Origin: Candidatus Gottesmanbacteria bacterium
Lineage (GTDB): Bacteria; Patescibacteriota; Microgenomatia; 2-02-FULL-39-11
Length of the DNA: 64,000 bases
Assembly (NCBI GenBank): GCA_016195685.1
Contig: JACPZE010000002.1
Location: 4,177 to 68,176 of the forward strand
Direction of reading: 5' to 3'
The stretch's first letter is position 1. The number at the start of each line of letters is the position of its first letter. Under the pieces are notes generated by a model, which did no database searches, was not told the origin of the DNA, and was given only the letters and a program-made list of their open reading frames with translations. Shown in pieces: positions 58,118 through 64,000 of this stretch. The translations under genes and the position numbers were made by a program.

Positions 58118-58215
58118 GATAAAGTTAATTAGCGAATTAGTTAATTTGTTAATTAGTTACTTAGCAGAAGTAATTACTAACTAACCAATTAACTAAGTAT
58201 CTAAATAACTATATT

Positions 58216-58374
58216 ATGGCTCCACTACCAAAAAGAAGACACTCAACAAGAAGACAAGGAAAACGGGAAAAAGCAAATCTGAAAGCAAAATTACCCGTCC
58301 TTAACACGTGCCCTAAATGTGGCACCAAGAAACTACCTCATCGAGTTTGTCCCAAGTGTGGATTTTATAAATGA
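58216..58374 (+). CDS. rpmF: 50S ribosomal protein L32 (52 aa; absent from the ORF track because it is under 60 aa)
   Basis: Translated directly: MAPLPKRRHSTRRQGKREKANLKAKLPVLNTCPKCGTKKLPHRVCPKCGFYK. The Cys4 L32 pattern is present. Its stop overlaps the nusB ATG. Confidence 0.8.
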   Translation: MAPLPKRRHSTRRQGKREKANLKAKLPVLNTCPKCGTKKLPHRVCPKCGFYK

Positions 58375-58742
58375 AAAAAGTCAGCGACCCGCGCCATTTA
58401 AAAAGAATCCAAATCATTGAAGAGCTTTTTTCGTCAAGTTTTCCTAAAAGCAAAAGATCTATATCCTCAAAATTGGTCAAACCGATAAATAAGCTTATTG
58501 ATAAAATTGATCCTGTTATAGAAGATTCAGCACCTCAATTTCCCATAGATAAAATATCTAAAATTGATGTCGCTATACTCCGGCTTGCTATATATGAACT
58601 TTTGTTTGAGAAAAAAGAACCCCAGAAAGTAATTATTGACGAGGCGATCGAATTGGCAAAGGGTTACGGAGGTGATAAAAGCCCGTCTTTTGTAAACGGT
58701 GTCTTGGGAAATGTGATAAAAAAATATTTTCAGCCACTATGA
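58371..58742 (+). CDS. nusB: Transcription antitermination factor NusB
   Basis: AILRLAIYEL...VIIDEAIELAKGYGGDKSPSFVNGVLG. Confidence 0.85.
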   Translation: MKKVSDPRHLKRIQIIEELFSSSFPKSKRSISSKLVKPINKLIDKIDPVIEDSAPQFPIDKISKIDVAILRLAIYELLFEKKEPQKVIIDEAIELAKGYGGDKSPSFVNGVLGNVIKKYFQPL

Positions 58743-59443
58743 TTGATCTTAAACAAGATAAATTCGAGAGTTTGGCTAAAAAAGTTAAAACTAAATTTAA
58801 AAATCTTAAACTCATTGAACAGGGTTTTATCCACAGATCTTACTTAAATGAAGTAAAAAATGTACCTGAATCCAATGAGCGGTTGGAATTTTTGGGGGAT
58901 AGTATTTTATCTTTTTTGGTGTCTAGCTATTTATACAAAAGCTACCCCCAAATAAGCGAGGGCGAACTTACAAACTTAAGATCCTCAATAGTAAAAACTA
59001 CTACACTTGCCCAAGTGGCAAAGGAATTGAAATTGGGGGAATACCTTTTACTTTCACGAGGAGAAGAGGAATCTGGAGGAAGAGGAAATCCTTCTATTTT
59101 AGCCGATACATTCGAAGCTTTTTTGGGAGCTTTGTACTTGGATTTAAATCTTGCCGCCGTGAATAAAATACTTAGCAGTTTTCTTTTCCCACTTCTTCCC
59201 AAAATTTTGGCGGAAAAAACTTATAAAGACGCCAAAAGCATATTCCAAGAGCATGTCCAGGATGAAACGAAGATATCCCCTATCTATAAAGTGCTAAGCG
59301 CAAAGGGACCAGACCATGCAAAAGAATTTACAGTAGGAGTTTATGTCGGAGTTAAATTGTGCGGTACCGGGGTTGGGAAAAGTAAACAGGAAGGGGAAAT
59401 GCGAGCCGCTCAAGCTGCCCTTGAGAAATGGAATAAAAAGTAA
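58739..59443 (+). CDS. rnc: Ribonuclease III
   Basis: Catalytic ERLEFLGDSIL and C-terminal dsRBD. Confidence 0.9.
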   Translation: MIDLKQDKFESLAKKVKTKFKNLKLIEQGFIHRSYLNEVKNVPESNERLEFLGDSILSFLVSSYLYKSYPQISEGELTNLRSSIVKTTTLAQVAKELKLGEYLLLSRGEEESGGRGNPSILADTFEAFLGALYLDLNLAAVNKILSSFLFPLLPKILAEKTYKDAKSIFQEHVQDETKISPIYKVLSAKGPDHAKEFTVGVYVGVKLCGTGVGKSKQEGEMRAAQAALEKWNKK

Positions 59444-59458
59444 TATAATGAAGTACTT

Positions 59459-59689
59459 ATGCCAGTAAAAATTCGGCTTCAAAGAACAGGTAAAAAAGAC
59501 CAGGCCCTCTATCGACTGATTGTTACTGATCAAAAATCTAAATCAAACGGTAAATCTATAGCTATATTGGGAAATGCAAACTTAAAAGTCAAACCTCAAG
59601 CTGTAAAGTACGATAAAAAAGAACTAGAAAAATGGTTAAGTCAGGGGGCCCAACTTAGTGATTCTGTACGCAAGCTTCTCTCATTATGA
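59459..59689 (+). CDS. rpsP: 30S ribosomal protein S16
   Basis: MPVKIRLQRTGKKDQALYRLIVTD. Confidence 0.9.
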   Translation: MPVKIRLQRTGKKDQALYRLIVTDQKSKSNGKSIAILGNANLKVKPQAVKYDKKELEKWLSQGAQLSDSVRKLLSL

Positions 59690-59916
59690 AAGACTTAATA
59701 GTTTATCTTACATCACTCTTGGTTGATCATCCTAAAGATATAAGTATCGAAGAACGTCCATTCGGTGATACAATGACCCAATACATAATCAAAAGTAATC
59801 CCGAAGATACAGGCAAAATAATCGGCAAAGAAGGAAAAATTATCCAAGCCATACGAAATGTTTGCAAAGTACTTGCTGTTAAAGAAGGCAAACAAGTTAG
59901 AATCGAAATCGGATAA
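59686..59916 (+). CDS. KH-domain RNA-binding protein (UPF0109/YlqC-like)
   Basis: IGKEGKIIQAIR GXXG loop. 76 aa. The conserved position after rpsP supports the call. Confidence 0.8.
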   Translation: MKDLIVYLTSLLVDHPKDISIEERPFGDTMTQYIIKSNPEDTGKIIGKEGKIIQAIRNVCKVLAVKEGKQVRIEIG

Positions 59917-59920
59917 ATTT

Positions 59921-60580
59921 GTGACCATCTCCATTCTCACTCTTTTTCCAAAAGTATTTCAAGATATCTTTTCTTCTTCTATCATTGGACGTGCCCAGAA
60001 GAGGAAACTTATAAAAATTTCTACCGTCAACATCCGTGATTTTGCATACAATCGCCACCATCAGGTAGACGATAAACCATACGGTGGAGGCATCGGAATG
60101 ATAATGCGTGTAGACATAATTGATAAAGCCTTATCAAGTATAAAGCTAAAAAACAAAAATTCAGTATTTAAGGAAAAAATTGTATTGCTTGATCCCAAGG
60201 GGAAACAGTTTAATCAATCAAAAGCCAGAAGTTATTCCAAATTAGACCACTTGATTTTAATTTGCGGACATTACGAAGGCATAGACGAACGTATTAGTCA
60301 TTTTATCGATGAAAGAATTTCTATAGGCAAATATGTGCTAACCGGTGGCGAGATACCGGCTATGGTCATTACAGACGCTGTAGTAAGGCTAATTTCAGGA
60401 GTCTTAGTAAAAAAACAGGCAACTATTGAAGAATCGTTTGGGACAGGCGGATATCTAGAAGAACCTCAATACACCAGACCTCCTGTCTATAAAGGTTTAA
60501 AGGTACCGCAGGTTCTTCTTTCGGGCAATCATAAAGAAATATCTGATTGGCGAAAGTCTAAAAGGATTCTATTGAAATAA
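59921..60580 (+). CDS. trmD: tRNA (guanine37-N1)-methyltransferase TrmD. The GTG start at 59921 is proposed; the ORF-track start at 59858 would overlap the KH gene by 59 nt.
   Basis: ISILTLFPKVF, YGGGIGM and GHYEGIDER are TrmD motifs. rimM, which usually lies between KH and trmD, is absent. Confidence 0.85.
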   Translation: MTISILTLFPKVFQDIFSSSIIGRAQKRKLIKISTVNIRDFAYNRHHQVDDKPYGGGIGMIMRVDIIDKALSSIKLKNKNSVFKEKIVLLDPKGKQFNQSKARSYSKLDHLILICGHYEGIDERISHFIDERISIGKYVLTGGEIPAMVITDAVVRLISGVLVKKQATIEESFGTGGYLEEPQYTRPPVYKGLKVPQVLLSGNHKEISDWRKSKRILLK

Positions 60581-61303
60581 GTTTTTCTTGCCTATACTAT
60601 TTTTATCCAAATCAACAGTTACCGTATCCTGCGGCAAACTTAACAAGTTTATCTTTTGTAATATTGCATCCTGGCTTTTTTCAAGCTTTGGAAGCGGAGA
60701 ATCTATCGAACCTAAAGTTCCCGGCAATATGTAAAAAAAAGCCCGCCCGCTTAATACAACATCTAAGGTATCGCTTTGCTTATTATTGACGGTCACTTCA
60801 TCAAAAGTCATCAAACGGCCATTATAGTTGGAAACCAAATCCAAAAATTTCCTCAATCCTTCTAGATTACCCATCACTTCTACGGAAATCGGTATCATAA
60901 AAGCGGCAGTTCCGGCAGCGCGCTGTAAAGTTGCTGACGATGTTGAAACTACACCCAGTTGAAAATCCGTACGTACTATAGTTATTCCTGACTGTTTCTC
61001 CAATAAATCAAAAGTGCCAATTAGTGACACGTAATCTTTATTTTCAGGTAAAATTTGACTCGATTTCAGAAAAACATCTTTATAGAATTGATAATTTAAT
61101 GACGTCAGAGATGAATCTTTTTGCGTTAATAACTCTACTTTCTTTTTTAAATCTTGCCCTTGAGCATAAATTTGATTGGCATGGTTGAGATTGGGAAGTA
61201 ACATATTGAAAGTAAGAACTATAACTATCATCAGCACTCCGCTGGATGCTATGAGAATTTCGTATTGATGAAGATATGATAAATAATCAAATTTTGTTTT
61301 CAT
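60569..61303 (-). CDS. pilO: Type IV pilus assembly protein PilO-like
   Basis: Single N-terminal TM, coiled coil then a periplasmic domain. Positioned after pilN. 244 aa. Confidence 0.45.
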   Translation of the reverse strand: MKTKFDYLSYLHQYEILIASSGVLMIVIVLTFNMLLPNLNHANQIYAQGQDLKKKVELLTQKDSSLTSLNYQFYKDVFLKSSQILPENKDYVSLIGTFDLLEKQSGITIVRTDFQLGVVSTSSATLQRAAGTAAFMIPISVEVMGNLEGLRKFLDLVSNYNGRLMTFDEVTVNNKQSDTLDVVLSGRAFFYILPGTLGSIDSPLPKLEKSQDAILQKINLLSLPQDTVTVDLDKNSIGKKNLFQ

Positions 61304-61857
61304 TCTAAAAGGCTGGTACTGGGTTTAAACGAAACTGATAATAAATAACCTGCATTTTTATCCCGTACGATACCAGAAGTCTTTATATCAGAAAAAAGTT
61401 TGGCTGCGTCAGCGTTTAGAAGTTTAGTAGCAAATTCGTCAAGCGAAGCGGCAGAAGAAGCAGTCACCGAGACTGTAACAGAATTTTTCTTGTCGATATT
61501 TGTTTGTGAAATTAAAACTCCGCTAGATTGCAGTTTTAAAATTTCTGATAAAAGAGATATAAATTTTTTATTCCCATTACTTAGTTGATCGATAGTTTTC
61601 ACCCTGGAAACTGTAAGTATGTAAATTCCTTCTGCATTTTTATTTGCGGAAATTCTTTTTTCCAGATTATCGATTTGCAGTCGAAGAGAATTGTACTCGC
61701 TGTTATTTTTGTTGATATAAATAATTGACGATAAGAATAGGATAACAAATATAAACAGACTTACCGCGGAAAAAATAGGCAGAAGCAATCTTAGTTTTTT
61801 GACTACAGGTAATTCGTTTTCCTTTTTTATTACGAGATTAACCGAGTGTTTTGCCAT
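61300..61857 (-). CDS. pilN: Type IV pilus assembly protein PilN-like
   Basis: Bitopic; N-terminus LRLLLPIFSAVSLFIFVILFL followed by a coiled coil. Overlaps pilO by 4 nt. Confidence 0.5.
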   Translation of the reverse strand: MAKHSVNLVIKKENELPVVKKLRLLLPIFSAVSLFIFVILFLSSIIYINKNNSEYNSLRLQIDNLEKRISANKNAEGIYILTVSRVKTIDQLSNGNKKFISLLSEILKLQSSGVLISQTNIDKKNSVTVSVTASSAASLDEFATKLLNADAAKLFSDIKTSGIVRDKNAGYLLSVSFKPSTSLLE

Positions 61858-61859
61858 AT

Positions 61860-62894
61860 TTATTCGACGTCCTTAAGCGCTAGACCTATTGCTTGTGTAT
61901 AAACTGGAGCATCGGGAGATAAGGAAGGCAAAATATTGGGGTCGATGGTCAGATTTATGAAAGGATTGCTGATTTGAGAATCCAGTCCTAGATTTTTGGT
62001 AAATGCCAATACTAGTCCCGGAAGTTTGGCCCCTCCACCGCATATCGTCAGGTTTGTAATCTCATCTTTGGGATATTGTTCCTTAAAATATGCGATATTT
62101 TTTTCTATTTCTGAATAAAGTGAAGTAAAATAAGGAGCAATACTTTTTGCTATCTTCCCCTCCAATTTATCCTCATCTAAACCATAAGTTTTTTTGTATT
62201 CTTCGGCTTGAGGGAATTCAAAGCCAAGCTCTTCTGCAATTGCACGGGTTAAAGTATTTCCTCCTAGAGGAATTGATTTTGTATAGACCAGCATTTGTTC
62301 ATGCAAAAGAGCAACTTCGGTCGTTGTGGCTCCGCAACTGATTACCATTGCTTGCGAAAGAGTAGGAAAACTTGTTGTAATACTTCTGCTTGCAGCCAAA
62401 ATTTCTGTCTCCAAGGCGGTAGGATTTAAACCAGCTAGGGTAATAATGTGCATATACTTTTCTATCAAATCAATCGGTGCGGCAATCAAAAGCAGTTTCA
62501 TTTTTGTAGTCTGTTCATCACGATTTATAACAGTAAAATCTAATTTGACTTTAGATAATGGCATGGGGATATATTGTTCTGCTTCCCATTGTATGCTTGA
62601 AGCTAATTCTGAATCTGACATAAGAGGAAGCTCCAAAACTCGAGTTATGACATTCGCCGACGGAAGGGAAGCAGATACATCTGAAGTAGAAATCTTCATA
62701 TCATGAACCAGTCTATTGATAGAATCAGCCATAATCTGATCATTATTGGAGTTTTTACTGTTTAAAGAAGTAACTTTGGTAGGAGTAGGGATGTAACCAG
62801 CCGCAAGAAGTTGATTTCTGTTTTTTTCCCGCGACATCTGGACCGCTTTTATAGTTTGAGTACCAATATCAAGGCCAACAAGTAATTTTTGCAT
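61860..62894 (-). CDS. pilM: Type IV pilus assembly ATPase-fold protein PilM (actin-like)
   Basis: LVGLDIGTQTIKAV N-terminus and an actin/FtsA-like fold pattern. 344 aa. Confidence 0.7.
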   Translation of the reverse strand: MQKLLVGLDIGTQTIKAVQMSREKNRNQLLAAGYIPTPTKVTSLNSKNSNNDQIMADSINRLVHDMKISTSDVSASLPSANVITRVLELPLMSDSELASSIQWEAEQYIPMPLSKVKLDFTVINRDEQTTKMKLLLIAAPIDLIEKYMHIITLAGLNPTALETEILAASRSITTSFPTLSQAMVISCGATTTEVALLHEQMLVYTKSIPLGGNTLTRAIAEELGFEFPQAEEYKKTYGLDEDKLEGKIAKSIAPYFTSLYSEIEKNIAYFKEQYPKDEITNLTICGGGAKLPGLVLAFTKNLGLDSQISNPFINLTIDPNILPSLSPDAPVYTQAIGLALKDVE

Positions 62895-62945
62895 GGGCAG
62901 ATGTTTCTATTATCTGGCTTTTAGGAGCGTTTTGTCAACAGAAGT

Positions 62946-63842
62946 TTACTGCTTGGTTTCAGCAAATAAAGTAAAATCCAGTAGCGTTGGAAGGACGTTA
63001 TATCCTTGTGTTACTTGAATCTTCCTCACCACTCCTGTCGTTGTTTGTCCTACTGAAGTTATGATTTTTCCTTGTACTGGTAAATTAGCATTTGCTTTTA
63101 TTGCAAAAGTCGTATTTTCATAGACCGGCATAATCCTTAAAAATAACAATTTTGGGTTCTTAAGTGCATCCAATTTAAAATCACCCAAGGGACTTATTGT
63201 TTTCCGGTATTGATAATTGCCGTCACAATAATTATTGGGACCGCTTTCAACAACATTATCAAAATTATTTGCGACAGGATTACGAGACGTTCCATTCTTA
63301 TCATACGCGCTACGTGCAAACTTATAGCCATCAGTATCTTTATAAAAAAGGCTCAATGCAATTGCCGCATTATTATTTGTGTCTGTTCCCCAACATAAAT
63401 CGAAAGTAAATCCGGTAGGATCTTTGCCAGATGCTTCATTTAGAGTCCCATCATTTTTATGATCCGCAAGCCAAATTGTCTGCGTTTCTGTATGAGAAGT
63501 AACAGGAAAGGAAAGAGTATTCGTATTTCCTATTGAAGATACTGAATATGTTCCAGTTGTATATGTTCCATTGGCATCTGGCAGCCTAACTGTACTTTGT
63601 TGATTACCGACTATTGCACCTTTTAGTGCATTCTCCACTCCGGCCTCTGCCGCAGAAAATGCCCGGCCGGATTGTTCAATCTGACTAGAAATACGGATAT
63701 CGGTAACAGTCCGGGAAATTAAAGACAAACCAATTGTTAATCCCACAATTGTAATTAATACCAACATTAACACAATTTGACCATTTTCTTTTACCTTATT
63801 ATTTGAAAATTGAAAATTGAAAATTGAAAATTTATTCATCAT
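62946..63842 (-). CDS. Pilin-like / minor-pilin-like secreted protein. It has a short basic leader ending in Gly, then a hydrophobic helix of about 22 aa. It lacks the canonical +1 Phe and +5 Glu residues.
   Basis: MMNKFSIFNFQFSNNKVKENG|QIVLMLVLITIVGLTIGLSLISRT. AGGAGG SD 6 nt upstream of ATGATG. Two Cys residues in a Thr/Asn/Gly-rich C-terminal domain. A (TTTTCAA)x4 repeat lies in codons 5-13. Confidence 0.4.
   Translation of the reverse strand: MMNKFSIFNFQFSNNKVKENGQIVLMLVLITIVGLTIGLSLISRTVTDIRISSQIEQSGRAFSAAEAGVENALKGAIVGNQQSTVRLPDANGTYTTGTYSVSSIGNTNTLSFPVTSHTETQTIWLADHKNDGTLNEASGKDPTGFTFDLCWGTDTNNNAAIALSLFYKDTDGYKFARSAYDKNGTSRNPVANNFDNVVESGPNNYCDGNYQYRKTISPLGDFKLDALKNPKLLFLRIMPVYENTTFAIKANANLPVQGKIITSVGQTTTGVVRKIQVTQGYNVLPTLLDFTLFAETKQ
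63803..63830. repeat. Perfect heptanucleotide tandem repeat (TTGAAAA)x4 inside the 5' coding region of the pilin-like gene
   Basis: Seen: ttgaaaa ttgaaaa ttgaaaa ttgaaaa at 63803-63830. Confidence 0.9.
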
Positions 63843-64000
63843 GGTTTTACCTCCTGCCAGTTTACTTGGCTTCGTCCTAGATACGGAAGCAAGGCAACTG
63901 CATATTGCGGCTTATAAATAAATTCATATGTTGGATCGATAAAACTGCGGTAGGTCCTCTTTAAAGATAAAGTTTTGGTATAAACCATACCGTTCAATTT
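63839..64000 (-). CDS. 3' end of an unidentified ORF running off the window edge, translationally coupled (ATGA overlap) to the pilin-like gene
   Basis: The minus frame is open across all 162 nt (…YKPQYAVALLPYLGRSQVNWQEVKP*). The TGA stop overlaps the downstream ATG. Confidence 0.35.
   Translation of the reverse strand, partial: KLNGMVYTKTLSLKRTYRSFIDPTYEFIYKPQYAVALLPYLGRSQVNWQEVKP

Noticed and set aside
59858-59920. N-terminal extension of trmD in the ORF track (MFAKYLLLKKANKLESKSDKF) overlapping the KH-domain gene by 59 nt
   Set aside because: The conserved TrmD N-terminus begins at ISILTLFP. A GTG at 59921, right after the KH stop, is a more plausible start.
1-64000. Alternative genetic code (UGA recoding), CRISPR arrays, integrases or transposases near the two tRNA genes, and rRNA genes
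   Set aside because: Long ORFs terminate normally at TGA, TAA and TAG. No direct-repeat/spacer arrays were seen. Both tRNAs are flanked by housekeeping genes. No rRNA-like segments were found.

Overview
This window is an AT-rich (roughly mid-30s % GC by eye), very compact (about 95% coding) bacterial chromosomal segment made up almost entirely of core housekeeping operons. It is not an accessory island.

Main content, left to right:
- The 3' end of fbp, then typA.
- A MacAB-like tripartite efflux operon: membrane-fusion adaptor, ABC ATPase and FtsX-type permease.
- tRNA-Leu(UAA), an orphan family-5 solute-binding protein, secG, and yvcK with a small membrane partner.
- A contiguous uvrB-uvrA-uvrC nucleotide-excision-repair block, with lexA divergent from it.
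- A glycolysis/gluconeogenesis block: pgk, gap, gpmA, then (after rsmI, galT, galK and acs) gpmI, eno, ppsA, pgi/pmi and a phosphogluco/mannomutase.
- A holA-like gene, an HExxH protein, a short trigger factor, a 194-aa unknown protein and tRNA-Val(GAC).
- The classic thrS-infC-rpmI-rplT cluster.
- A complete shikimate plus Phe/Tyr supraoperon: DAHP synthase, pheA, chorismate mutase, tyrA, aroB, aroQ, aroA, aroK, aroE, aroC and an aminotransferase.
- pheST.
- A GAF and an ANTAR ORF that overlap out of frame.
- A PBP1A gene, a RibD_C-family reductase, tyrS, recG and the rpmF-nusB-rnc-rpsP-KH-trmD block.
- A pilM-pilN-pilO type IV pilus block with no secretin, preceded by a pilin-like gene and a partial upstream ORF.

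Several proteins have lost domains: UvrC lacks the (HhH)2 domain, trigger factor lacks its PPIase domain, and ThrRS lacks the N-terminal TGS domain. The pilus cluster looks monoderm-type, and many promoters are extended -10 elements with little or no leader. Together these suggest a reduced-genome, CPR/Patescibacteria-like or other small-genome monoderm lineage. This is inference, not proof.

No CRISPR arrays, mobile elements, integrases or rRNA genes were seen.

The most notable leads are:
1. The GAF and ANTAR ORFs are joined exactly at a canonical dnaX-type -1 slippery heptamer (A AAA AAG). This could be programmed frameshifting, a homopolymer error or a pseudogene.
2. A T-box-like structured leader carrying a Thr ACC codon lies immediately upstream of thrS.
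3. A (TTGAAAA)x4 heptanucleotide repeat sits in codons 5-13 of the pilin-like gene, making it a candidate phase-variable gene.
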